Shown piece by piece: positions 26,165 to 38,821 of a DNA stretch of 64,000 nt. The DNA is taken from positions 6,687,607 through 6,751,606 of the forward strand of contig NW_002060945.1 of the NCBI RefSeq assembly GCF_000150275.1, read 5' to 3'. The notes under the pieces were generated by a model. That model ran no database searches. It saw only the letters and a list, made by a program, of their open reading frames with translations, and was not told where the DNA came from. How positions within the stretch are numbered: the stretch's first letter is position 1; each line of letters opens with the position of its first letter. Position numbers and translations under genes: made by a program. The stretch is from Trichoplax adhaerens (Eukaryota > Animalia > Placozoa).

Positions 26165-26240
26165 CCAATTGTCCGAGAATAGGACAAAAAACCGAAAGTA
26201 AACCAATTGTCCGAGAATAGGACAAAAACCGAAAGTAAAC
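26165..26240. repeat. 38-bp tandem duplication (2 copies)
   Basis: ccaattgtccgagaataggacaaaaa(a)ccgaaagtaaa occurs twice, differing by one A. Confidence 0.95.
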
Positions 26241-27440
26241 TGTAAAATCTTCATATATTTAATAAAGCAACGCGAAAGAATACAGGTATCCTTGAACAAT
26301 TCTGATACTGCTAAATGAAAATCCTATTTATTGATTATTAATCTTGATGATATAGTATTTTCTAAAATTAATATTAGCAATGACGGATCAATTTTTAATA
26401 ACTTTTTCTACAAAATTATAACTGTGAAACCTTACTATTGATCATGGATGAGGTTTGATCAGTGCTTACTGCTATAGTATCCACGTCGTGGTTTGATGTC
26501 AAATTACGGAATACAGTGTTAAAGCCTAATATTATGAATCATAATTGCACGATTCACATTCTTCTACTAATTATAGTGCTGCACTTTCTAGCTTGCATCA
26601 AAAATCGAATACAGCAAATATTTCTAGTAAAAACGTTAGGTAAAGAGGATTTTAATCGTGAATACACATTCTTAACTAAGGATCAATTATTATGTATAAT
26701 TTGTTTCAAGAGAATAATATAGCTACTATGGATTTGCAGGAATGTCTGCATAAGTAAATGCAACCTCCATTGGTACAGTTATTAAACTTACTATCCAGCT
26801 ATGCACTCTGAAATCAATCCAAGGATGATAAAATTTTTCCACAGTTGTAATAAGAAAAATAAACTTCCCAATATATTACAAAGGGAATATTGAATATCGA
26901 ATGTCAAATTATGAACTCAATGATAATTATAAGCATAAGCATTGCATGTATTGATCACTATGAACCCTTTTTTGAACATTATAATCTATTCAAAATTTAT
27001 GTCAACTTATCAATTGAAGAATCGGTGATAATATTTGCGTACACCATTTAAAATATTTCATATATTGATCACTGTGAATCCTTCTTTGAGCATTATAATT
27101 AGTCCAAAATTTATTTCAATTTATGAATTAAACATTATTAATAATAATTAACTTATGCTATTTAATATGAAACTTTTATGGCAGACTGATCAGAACATTA
27201 AATATTGTAATATTAATTAATTAACATACCGTATATGTTATATTCCTATATAGAAGAATGATTTTAACTTTAGTTAGATACAACAGTAGAATTTTATTGT
27301 GTATCAAGGAGTACTACAACACTATTCCAGTTCAATAAAGCTTTATTCTCATCGTGTACAATATTGTGAGAAATTATTTAATAAAGTAGAGAGTCTTCTT
27401 TCGTAATTCTTTCTTATATTTATAGAGAACAATAACTGAA

Positions 27441-28850
27441 GTTTATCGATTATTTGCTGTTAGCTTAGGTAGAAAGAGACAATCAATCCTATGTCAGATA
27501 GCGCAACGTATGCTATAATTTATATGCATATTGATCACACCATTATTTTGCCACATTACATTTTTTTCTACATAGAAATGTTAATGATTAATTACAAACA
27601 TTCATAATTATATTTGCTGTCAATGGAAAATATTTAAATTGTGAAACGAGATTAAGCAATGTCAGGAATACATGCCATTCATATTACGTACCATATGAAT
27701 TAGAACTGTAATAATGACGATAACGTAAGAAAAATTAAGTAAATTGGATATACAGCAACAGTATTAACTATTTTCCTGACAAGCCACATAGTTGGTTTGC
27801 GATTAAGCGTTTAAATTTATAGTAGGATATGAGCTAAGCGTGCGACAGATACTAGCAAAATTTGCATACGTAGTATTAGAAAATTTATTTGAGTATTTCG
27901 GGTAAGCTCCATTACATAAAAGGTACTCAACAGCATTGCTACAGGTAGTGTGCTTCCTATGATAGCTTGCGCGGTAGAAAAAGTACTCGCTACATATTCT
28001 ATAGATTTTTGATATCGTTTAGCCTTAATAGTTGGAGCACGGTAATTTTAACCGTAAAAATATCTGATCATAGTATTAGGTAAACTACATGTATTTAAAC
28101 TACTCTCCACATTTGCAAATGTCAATACTCTTCTTCTCTTTAATTTGTATGATAGTCATCATACGCGTATAGAATGGCTATATGATAACGATTTCTATTT
28201 TCTTCGCTTAATAAAGGGGAAACTATTCGATGACAGATAATATTCAAATTGTATATTTTCTCAAAATCTTGCAGTTTAATTATAACAGACTACCTCGACT
28301 AAGTTACCTATATTTTATGAAGAATAAGGCGATCATATAGGACACTATTTGATGACAGCTTATATTCAAGTTGCATATTTTCTCACATCCTTACAGTTAA
28401 AGTGGCATTTATGTAAAGCTGTAATAATTTAACAGCCATGAAATCATCTTGCTATAGAAGCTAAAAGAATGTAGGAAAATAGTCTTATAAAGAGGCTATT
28501 GGACATAGTAGTAGAACTAGGAAGAAGGGCTACGTATCATAAATGGATGAAGCAAAGTTTGTCGATAACTTCCTGTTAGCGTAGGTAATAAGAGATGATC
28601 AATCATATGTCGGATACCGTATCCTGTAATTTATATGCAGATTTAGTTTACATTTCCAATACAGAAACGTTAATAACTATAATTAATTGTAAATATTCAT
28701 AGTTGCGATTGCTGCAGACGGAAAGTGTTTAATTTGTGAGACTAGAATGGGTAAAGTTAAGAATAAATGTAGTTCACATTACACATCGTATAAATTAGAA
28801 CTGTGATAGCTATGGTAATGTAAGAAGAACTAAATTAGGAGCTTTGGTAT
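27441..28850. repeat. Diverged ~300 bp direct repeat (about 27441-27755 and 28557-28850) flanking the exon relic
   Basis: gtttatcgattatttgctgttagcttaggtagaaagagacaatcaatcctatgtcagata versus gtttgtcgataacttcctgttagcgtaggtaataagagatgatcaatcatatgtcggata, continuing collinearly to aattagaactgt. Confidence 0.75.
27755..28145 (-). pseudogene. Decayed relic of family exon 2 (first cysteine-rich domain), closest to copy D
   Basis: Minus strand reads KRRRVLTFANVESSLNTCSLPNTMIRYFYG*NYRAPTIKAKRYQKSIEYVASTFSTAQAIIGS/TCSNAVEYLLCNGAYPKYS..TYANFASIC, aligning with copy D RDRRSLITFAKSYVESNINSCSLPNGIVRNFCDINYHAPTI. It contains stops, frameshifts and Cys losses. Confidence 0.85.
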
Positions 28851-31166
28851 ACAACGTTGATTTATTACGTAATCAGCTGTATTTCTCCTATATAAGTCTA
28901 AATCGTTTCTGATAATAGTGGCCCAATTTATAAGTTACTGTAACCGAGTAACTTTTGAATAACTGTTGTAGCATAATATCCATAAGATAACTTATCTATG
29001 ACGTTTTACATATTTTTAATAGATAACTGTATAGTTGTTGTGATAAAATCCAATCACGAAAATTTCAGAATTGTAGAAAATTAGAACTTTATTAGATCTA
29101 ATACAAAGACTAGCTACACACAGCTCTGCTCTAGCCGAATAAAACTATTGAAGGACTTCTAGAAAGAACAAACTGAATAGTCTAAAGTTGGCAGCTTGTA
29201 TTCATTTCGTAGCAACCACAGCCACAATCAGCATGGCAACATTCTACCTTAATTTACACATAGTCAAATTATTATTATTGACAATATTTTACAGCGGACC
29301 ATCATTAATCCGATATGGAAACAACTACAGTATTTCCGTAGATATTATTCTTTGCAGTCAAAGTACGGTAAACTAAGCATATCCTAATATATGAATTACA
29401 GTTCTATTTTTACCTCTAGCCTTAATAGTAACTCAACACCTTACTATATATAGTCATCTGTACTATAGCATAGAATCTACCATTACAGCCCATAGTAGCG
29501 AGCTACCAAATACGTCTAAAGATAAATATAGAAAGTTACGTTTCCGTACATCTTACTATCATAGCTAAAAGTCCACAATCACAATACTAAGTTTCATCAC
29601 ATGTTTTACATATATTTAGTAGATAACAGTATAGTTAGTCGTATAATACTATCTATCATCAGATCAACTCAACTGATATAATTAATGTTCATATCGATTT
29701 ACTATCAATTAAGTGATTTTTGAATTAAATTTGGGTTCAGTTTTGTCCAAGAGAGACTAGCGTTAACAGGAGATCGTCAGTATTTACAGTAGTACTGAGG
29801 AGGACAAATTTGAAGTAGACTCATATATTTAGTTTCTACAATAGTTAAATTTTTCGTCGTTACAAAGTTAGATTTGTACCAATTATATAGCCATACCCAA
29901 AGCAGGCTTAATAATTATATAATTGTCAGTTACTAATGATAAAAACAGGCTTATGTAGTAGGTACAGGTTGATACGCTGTCTTTGCCTTCCAAAGCAAGA
30001 GTATTTAGTTTACTGCATATTTCCAGGTACGATATAGCAGGGACTACTCGAAAGAAGAGTTTCGAGTAGTCCCTGGATATAGTACCCAAATACAACAGTT
30101 CAGTTAATATTCAGCATCACTGTTCAGGTTAATTTAACATTTATTTAATATTGAAGTACAATACTGTACCACCCATTTTATCTAAATGAAGGAACATTAG
30201 CAAGAAATTATTTACCTTTATCCAGGTACAGTAAACGGTAGGCTATCAACCCGAAAGTTATTTAATGCATGCGCGTATTACAACAAGATGTTATATCGTA
30301 TTGCATTAACCCAAATAAAAGAACTACAACATACGACATGTTTGCTATACAATAAGAAATTTTTTAAATTATCTCCAAAGGTAGGACAAAGAATCTAAAG
30401 TAAACTGTGGAATACGGTTACTTTACTGCTACCAAATTAAAGAATAAATGCGTTTTGGATAAATTACAATACTGGTGAGTGACGTCCCATTTATAAGAAT
30501 TTAGTACCAGCCTTGATTATATTGCAGTACCGCACTTTCTAAAATTAATGTTAGCAAAGATGGATTTATCTTTCTAGATGGTTCTCATAAAATCATAATT
30601 TATGTAATAACATTATCAATTAATTATTGATGAGGTTTGATCAGTAGATGAAGATACACTATGTGCAAAGAAGATTTCTAATATATGTACTACCTAGGGA
30701 TACTCTGTTGGTGCTAATAAAATTATGCCACTATATTGCTAAGCCGTTATATGAATACGAGAATAAGAATTATACGGTTAATTATCAAAAATTTCGCAAA
30801 GTAACTTGTTCGGTATAACCAATTTATTACAACCGCACTTATGATAGGAAATTGCCGTTCAACAGGATTCAATTATGTATTAACCATTGATCTTAATAAA
30901 GCATTGCTAAATATAACAAAATTCTTAAAAGACCCCTTAAAATGAGCAGGTATTTCAACTACCCATGAATTGAAACAATTTTTCACACATGGATAAGTAC
31001 AGGAATATCATTGGCAACTTGAATTACTACAATATTAGCTAATAAAACGTTAGTAATCTATTTCTAGTATTTACCATAATCTAATTGACATTTAATCTAG
31101 GGGTAAGAGAAACGAACTGCTTTTGTTACTGCTTGTCTATAAAAAACCACTGATGCTTAAAGAGAT

Positions 31167-33095
31167 CTAAAAGAAAAGTGATAAAAGTGAACAAATTGCA
31201 TAAAATAGGAAAGATCCAACCACAACTGATGACGCATGATTAGTATATCCTTGATTTGGAGGCACTGCATAGGTTTGTCCATTTTGATCAGGAAAAATAC
31301 TGCATTCATAAAGTAGCTTGATAGCCGCTTGTACATTATTTGGCAAGCTAAACAAAAAAGAATATTATATATTTTGAGACAGTTAAATAGTCTCTTCCAC
31401 TTAATAAATATAAAAAGAAAAAATATGTATCACTGTATAAAAGCTTTCTAATGCAACATAATTACTGCTAATACTGTAATATATCATCACTTGCCATACT
31501 TACCAATTGATCGCAGCTTCACATTCTTGTCTGCTTATTACACCGAGAAGCTTTTTTGAATCACTGCTACAAAAGGGTACATTGCGGCATGAGATTCTAA
31601 CCCACCTATTAGTGCAGCTGGTTCCAATTCCAGCCCTACTTAAAGTATTTCTCAAGTTGGTAATAGCAACACTTTGACCTGGCAGCTCAGGTATCAACCA
31701 AGTTGGAAAAGTAATATTCGAAGGTAATGTTCCGCATTGAAACGAATTCAATGAATTCATGCTATATCTTCCACAGGAAGTTAAACTGATTTGTCTCCCT
31801 GATAAAGTACATATCTGAGTTCCTGTCTGTCCATTTAAACTGATAGTATTGGCGGGACATGAGCTAAGCCCGCTACACCCACTAGCAATACTTCCATATG
31901 TAGCGACAGTAGAATCACTTGAACATCTCGGGTATGCTCCTGTACATAAAATTTGCTTTACCGCACTACTGCAGGTACTTCCTAGCGTTACTTGTAAGGT
32001 AGAGAAAGAGTTTGCAATCAGCCCCATCGCTTTATCAAGTCTCTTGACCATAATTGTCGGAGAAGTATAACTCGTGCCACAAAAACTTCTGATACTACTG
32101 CTCGGCATAGAGCAAGAATTTAAATCGCTTTCCACATAGGCGACTGCAGTGACGTTTACGTTCCTTCTCTTCCTAATTTCCTGTAGAGTAACAATGTTAT
32201 ACATTATATGAAAGTGATCATATCGATAATGAGATAATATTCGTTTTTAAGGTATAAACGACTCAAAATCACATACTCCTATACGCGAATGGTGTATGTC
32301 ATTATTGCTGTGACTATTACAAGCGTTGCGAGGTTGATTTTAAACTAAAAATGTGCAATTGGCATCCTATTCGTAGAATAAGCATAACTACATGCACACA
32401 CATATGCGAATCAAGACATGTAACGATATGTACATTTGAACTGTTCGCACTAGGTCATTTAGTATAATTTATAAAACAATTTTTCTAATTTATTTTTGCG
32501 TTTTCCCTCGTACTTTTTGTATCCAAAATAACAAATCATAGAGAACTTTGGTATAAAATAGTCAAATGTAGTACTGACAAATAAATTATGGTTATAAAGT
32601 TATACTAAATCAAGAAAGCATAAATTATACAATAAATTAGCACGACTACTATCAACTCTTTCTTTAGCGATAGCCAGGAGCTAACCATATTACAGTATAT
32701 AGTTAGTCTCAGCAATAAAATCGATAACACGCATCCAACTACAACTATGTGTATCATGTTGATTGATTGGAGTGCAATGACTGATTGATCGATTGAGTTC
32801 AATAGTTTAGCTGTCAATAATGTAGTTTTAATGTTTAGCCAGAAAATTCACAATCCCTTAATATACGATTGTATAGATATACGTACAGTACACTCAAATT
32901 CCTTATTTAATATCTTACCGCAACGGCAACATAATTTTCATCGTCCTTTTGCACGTTCTTAGCATTATCAGCAATCAGCTTTACCACCTGATGTACTAAA
33001 TCATCCTGCGTTCTAAACACGCCTATAGGCGTGTTAAACCCGTTAACATGGCATAGGATGGAAAAGATAACCAAAGCAAAGCACGCTGACTTCAT
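31167..33095 (-). CDS. Family copy E: secreted, GPI-anchor-like double Frizzled-CRD-like protein (344 aa, intact)
   Basis: Exons 33095-32919, 32180-31504 and 31347-31167; 1035 nt in frame. Signal peptide MKSACFALVIFSILCHVNG, RKRR site, 2x8 Cys, and tail NHASSVVVGSFLFYAICSLLSLFF*. Confidence 0.92.
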
Positions 33096-34510
33096 TTTGA
33101 TCCAATTTAGAATGATTTAATTTCCTATTTAGAAATAACATTGACATTTTACATGACAATTTCAAAAAACTTTGTTAATAATACCCCAACAATTTAATCT
33201 CCAGAATAGCTAGCTAGAACATTGTTCTACCCATAGTATAAGTACGCGTCGTCTTTTTTGTCGATTTTTTTTTACAATTGGCTATTGAAAACAAAGATTA
33301 GTAGAAGTTTTTCTATTCATCTTTACACAAGAGTAGCATAGCATGAAGGGGAATAAAACTCCCAATGAAATCATTTGTCAGTAAACTACAAAGTACTGTA
33401 CAGTATATCATTACCCGTTATGACGATAATAAGTTGGATTTTTCCAATATGGAAAAGCGTCAAAAACTACCTTGACATTAATCGTACAATTTATAATAAT
33501 AATTCCTTTCACTATTTATAAAAGATATATATGATTAACTAATAATGCTGCTAGTACTGTAGTAATGGTAGTAATAAGGTTATCATTATTAGAAACAGCA
33601 CTGTCCATTAATACCTACTGCTCAATCAATATTTGATTTTACTACACCTTGCACTCAACTAACCCGTTACTTGTCTCTTTTTAGTATTAAAAATAACATG
33701 GAAAGTATTCCATCAACGATTTCGGGCGTAACAAAGACATACGGTAGCGTAGATTTATAGAGTACGTTAATGGTTGGTTATTCTTCATGTGTTCAAAAGT
33801 CATTCTCATCAATGGTACGATTGCGATAGACATTTGTATTGATTAAGTCGACCGGAATATCAAGGTTGATTTATCCTACTCTCACCCAACTCAATCAATA
33901 TATTGATTCTTGCCGATTTTTAGCTACTGTATATTTCCCCCAAATTCGCTATGCCTTGGCAATCTTCTCAATTCAACGTACTGTAGTAGACATATTTTTT
34001 CGATGCATACCGTAAGTGTTCAAAACGATTACACGATGTAGACTAAAAGAATGTGAAGTGCGCGTAGTGCTACCTACTGTAAACCTTCACCAAGAATTTG
34101 TATTGACAGACTCGATTGAAATAGAGAGAGAGCAACATTAGGACTAATGCAATAAGAGAAAGTTGATAGCATTACCACTTGCGTAGTTTTATATTGGTAC
34201 TTAATTAACAGAGAGCCGTCGAAAATTATTGTCACGCGATTCACCAACCAATTATTTCATTGTAAAAAAGAAAAATACCCTCGATACATACGGTGCAAAA
34301 CTTGCACTGTAGATGATTTCAGCTAGTGATTCATTTTACAAAAGTATAGAGTGATTTTGATCAAGTTAATTCTAATTGTAGCATCAGCTCCAAAGTATAG
34401 CATGCACTATCCAAAAGAAGACATTGTCACGGAAATTGAAAGTGGTTGATATTGATCGAGGACGGCGCCACACCTTGAAATAATGATCGTTGTCACTACA
34501 ATTCTCGACG

Positions 34511-35304
34511 CATATAAACAAGGACACAAAGGTGGGCAAATGGGAGAAGTGTATATGCTATTCGATGGTAGGCGATCACTTTAATGCCTTTTTTAACCAT
34601 CGAATCCATGCAATCTTTCGTCGATGGAAGTGGACCAATCGAATGTACATCAATAAATTTCGAAACATCGCAATACAGCTCAAGCCATGGTACGCGTGCT
34701 GTAGACGACATTACATTCTATCCCTTAGTCCAAACAATCGCCTTGAAGCTAAACCTTTCTAATTCAATTTCCACTAAGAAGATACAAAAGATTTCCTACT
34801 CACTGATGATATCTAGAAGCGATAAGATGATAGAAAGATCAAATTTGTTCCCTGATTGTCAAAACGCACCAACGTGCAAACACGATGATAATATCCTAGA
34901 TAGGAGTCATACAAACAAGGACACAAAGGTGGCAAATAGGAGAAGTGTATATGCTATTCGATGGTAGGCGATCACTTTAATGCCTTTTTTAACCATCGAA
35001 TCCATGCAATCTTTCGTCGATGGAAGTGGACCAATCGAATGTACATCAATAAATTTCGAAACATCGCAATACAGCTCAAGCCATGGTACGCGTGCTGTAG
35101 ACGACATTACATTCTATCCCTTAGTCCAAACAATCGCCTTGAAGCTAAACCTTTCTAATTCAATTTCCACTAAGAAGATACAAAATATTTCCTACTCACC
35201 GATGATATCTAGAAGCGGTAAGATGATAGAAAGACCAAATTTGTTCCCTGATTGTCAAAACGCACCAAACGTGCAAACACGATGATAATATCCTAGATAG
35301 GAGT
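34511..35304. repeat. Near-identical ~397-bp tandem duplication (34511-34907 and 34908-35304)
   Basis: The two copies differ at only a handful of positions; this explains the duplicated short ORFs in the ORF track. Confidence 0.97.
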
Positions 35305-35329
35305 CGCTGGCCTTGACCTCGCCCACTGA

Positions 35330-35760
35330 AACTGAGCCAATTAGAAACATTAGTCGTCGTTAAATCGATTACGCGTACTGTACAGTACGTGCTGACGTAA
35401 CCTGTGCCCATCTCCCTTCCATTACCACGTGATATCAACGGCTCGATGATTACTATAGAAAGCTTTGTTTTCAATCGCAACTCGGGGATAATGACCTCCG
35501 ACCTACCGTACTGTACAATACGTACCGGTACAGTACTACCAACTAGAGATAACTGGAGTGTACTGTACAGGACAGATTGTGTACTGTACCAATACGCTTC
35601 CTGGTCACAGTCACGTGCCATCAATCCACTATAATAATAGGATGCCAATCTTGGGCCGAGGTCGTGACGTCATTGGTGAGACAAACAGGAACTCGTTTTC
35701 AAAGTGACGCAACTACAGTACAGTACTGCACTGTACATCAATTCATACTGTAGACGTTGG
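35330..35760. promoter_or_regulatory. Promoter-like island: TACAGTA/TACTGTA cluster with CCAAT, CRE and E-box motifs
   Basis: Locally GC/CpG-richer. gccaat near 35336 and 35644, tgacgtaa at 35393, tgacgtca at 35665, cacgtg at 35426 and 35612, interleaved with tactgtacagtac runs like those upstream of HSD17B10 and SLD5. Confidence 0.45.
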
Positions 35761-35866
35761 TTCAATAGGGATAATGCAAGTAATTCGTTATTGTGTAAAA
35801 ACAACTCTAGGGTGACTACTGGATTACCATCACTGTCCATCAGGGAGGAATCAGTTATGAACGAAT

Positions 35867-36113
35867 GCATGGAAAAGGATTCAGATTAAATAGAGATCAT
35901 TTTATCGAATAGTTTGAGTCAACAATTGAAGAGTGCAGACAGGTTCTTGTCGGGGGGCCTACTATTATTTTTACTGGACGTTTCTCACGCATGGAAAAGG
36001 ATTCAGATAAATAGACAGTACGTCATTTCAATGAATAGTTTCAGTCAAGAATGCAAGAATGCAGACATGTTCTGGTCGGGGGCCTACTATTATTTTCAAT
36101 GGACGTTTCTCAC
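35867..36113. repeat. ~122-bp tandem duplication (2 diverged copies)
   Basis: gcatggaaaaggattcagat...gtcggggg(g)cctactattatttt...ggacgtttctcacg occurs twice. Confidence 0.9.
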
Positions 36114-36885
36114 GGTACAGTAGTCCCTAACTCAGTACAGTGCTTGGTGCCACGATAAGCAGATTATGAATCAAACTTCTGCTTCATACATTGTTACTCA
36201 AATGGAGAAAAATTGCTGTAACACTTTCCCTCCCTTAATTTGACTCATGAGCGTGGATTAAAGTACTGTATCTTTGCAACTCAACCTTGAACCGAATATT
36301 CAGACTTTCATCGCCAAATTCCATTAAGATTCGATTCAGAAAGTACAGTACTGTACGTATACTGTATGCCGTAGACTGTAGGAGCGATTACAGCAAGGGC
36401 TGATGTTCTTCTAAAGTGCAATTGTAGGCCTATCTTAAACCAGTGTTAATTTCGGAATGACAGAGTAATCCCTGCAGTACTGTACATACAGTAGTGGGTT
36501 AGTATACAAGAAGTCACATCGAACTTTTTCAATAAATAAATGTACTAATAGAACTATCGACTCGTAATTGAAATTGAACACACGTAAACATTTCTAGCAT
36601 ACATACACTACTGTACAGTACTGTACTATGCATTAGATAAAGTGTAGATAAGCCGGATGGAATGTACAATAACAACTTAATCGATCTTTTTGTCATTATT
36701 TACAGTCAATACCCAATTAAAGAAGTTGTAGCATTGTGCAGCAACCGACTTACAGGAAACGAAAGATCAAAACAAGTTGATCATTTTTCAATCGATTTTA
36801 TTCTCATTAAACCGTCTAAAATCCGTAATAATATAAAATTTATCTAAAATCCTAAAAGGTACTGTTATGCATTCTTAAAACAGAT

Positions 36886-37152
36886 CTTGGTTGTAGGCTA
36901 GACTATAAAACAGCTAAGTATCAAATTACCGTTGCAGAGATACATGTTGGCAGTCTTCTACTTACTAAAGTGAAATTTCAAGAAAAATCAAAACTCTTCC
37001 TATGTCCATTTTAAGATACTTGGTTGTAAGCTAGACTATAAAACAGCTATGTATCAAATTACCGTTGCAGAGATATATGCTGGCAGTCTCCCACTTACTA
37101 AAGTGAAGTTTCAAGAAAAATCAAAACTCTTCCTATGTCCAATTTAAGGTAC
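36886..37152. repeat. 133-bp tandem duplication just downstream of copy F
   Basis: cttggttgta(g/a)gctagactataaaacagcta...aaaactcttcctatgtcca starts at 36886 and again at 37019. Confidence 0.95.
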
Positions 37153-37333
37153 TTACAGTATGTCACAAGCATCTAGCAATATGATATAAACACTTGCAGC
37201 AAATACTGTAGTAGAGTATAGTAATTAGAATCATAAGGGTATTGCTTTCAAAACTTACTGTCGATACCCACTAGCTCTAATATAATGGTAACTAATCAGT
37301 CATATAAAATTTTTTTTATGCATATTCCAGAAT

Positions 37334-38821
37334 TTAATTTATGAAAAAGATTGACATGAGAATGCAAAATAAGTAAAGCAAGATTGATTCAATAGCTACC
37401 GCAGTACCACCACCACTATATGCTTGATCTGGGGGTAAGGTTACACTTGCCGAAGTTTGATCAGGATAAACAGTACAGTCAAGGAGACTCGATCCTTGAA
37501 AACTACTTGGCAAGCTGAAATTATATTTTTATTCCAAATAAATTAAATGTCACAAGGTAAATCGAATATTTTCAATTGACTAGTGGTTTATTCAAAACTT
37601 CTTAGGTAATACTTTAGGATGGCTATGTTTATGTACAGTATATCCATACATACTGTAAACAGCGTGCAGTAGGTATCATAACCACTTACCAGTTGAAAGC
37701 TGCTTGGCATTGTTGTCGCGTTACAGCACTATAAAGTTTCTTTCGGTCGCTACTGCAAAATGGAGTATTAACACACAAAAGTTTCATCCACCTATCTACG
37801 CAACTTTTTTTTACGTTAGCTTTTTCCAATTGTGTTTTTGACGCAGCAATAGAAAGAGTTTTTCGCTGTATATCTGTAGTCAAATAACCTGGAAATACGA
37901 TATTCGTTGGTAAACTACCACAAATTTGTGAATTAATCGTTCCTGGAGAGTACTTTTGACATTGTGTTAACTGGATTTTTGTTCCTGCTCTAGCACATAT
38001 CTGTGGCCCAGTCTGGCCTTCAATATTAATGAGATTAGATGAGCACGCTGTCATGCCAGCACATGAACTAGCAAAAGTACCGTACGTGGCAGTGCTCCCG
38101 TTAACAGAACACTGTGGTATAAATCCTTTACACATTATTTCTTTGACGATATTGGCGCAATTACTTCCAAATTGCGATTGTATGTTGGAGAAGCGATCTA
38201 TGACAAATTCTAGTACTTTAGTCAGTCTCCTAACCAGCATCGTTGGACTGTTATAACTGATATTGCAAAATATTCCAATCTTGCTGCTTGGCAGAGAACA
38301 CGAATTTAAATCGCTATCGAGCCATGCTTTAACTGTGTTACTTGTAGCCCTTATTTTCCTGATGTGCTATAAAATAGAAAAAAAATAAATTGGTAAGTAT
38401 CGTTCTGATTCAAACCCTGCAAATGTTGGTAGGTTACAAGTATTCAATAACTCTTGCAACGACAATGTACAAATTCGGTTGATCATTTTAACTGGTAAAC
38501 TGTGCTATACCGCATATTATGCTAAGCACGATTCTGTTACTATTTTGCTAACAAGACATTGTCGAACAGTATCTACATACAGGGAACATTTCCATGTAAT
38601 AGCCTTCATAATTTCTGTACATGTAACTTCATAAATGCTGAACTTACATTGATTTCCGCCTTAATTGAATCATCCACGATTTCTTTGCTACCTTTTGCAG
38701 CTGCTTCTACCAACTTCCTTAAGAAATCGTCATCTTCGCTGAACGCAGCAATATGAGAATGAGCTTGATCAATTTTGCAAGTAACCAGAAGCAATCCAAG
38801 GACAATTAGTGTAAATCTCAT
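37334..38821 (-). CDS. Family copy F: secreted, GPI-anchor-like double Frizzled-CRD-like protein (343 aa, intact)
   Basis: Exons 38821-38648 (MRFTLIVLGLLLVTCKIDQAHS...AEIN|gtaagt), 38366-37690 (HIRKIRATSN...AAFN-tg) and 37514-37334 (c-LPSSFQGSSLLDCTVYPD...SGGGTAVAIESILLYLFCILMSIFFIN*). Total 1032 nt, in frame. Confidence 0.92.

Noticed and set aside
35925-35995. Peptide LVGGPTIIF resembling a Polinton-type DNA polymerase B motif
   Set aside because: Only about nine residues, bounded by stops, and the frame is not kept in the adjacent repeat copy.
31849-38256. Plus-strand ORFs 31849-32070 and 38029-38256 that resemble each other
   Set aside because: They are antisense shadows of the paralogous exon 2 of copies E and F.
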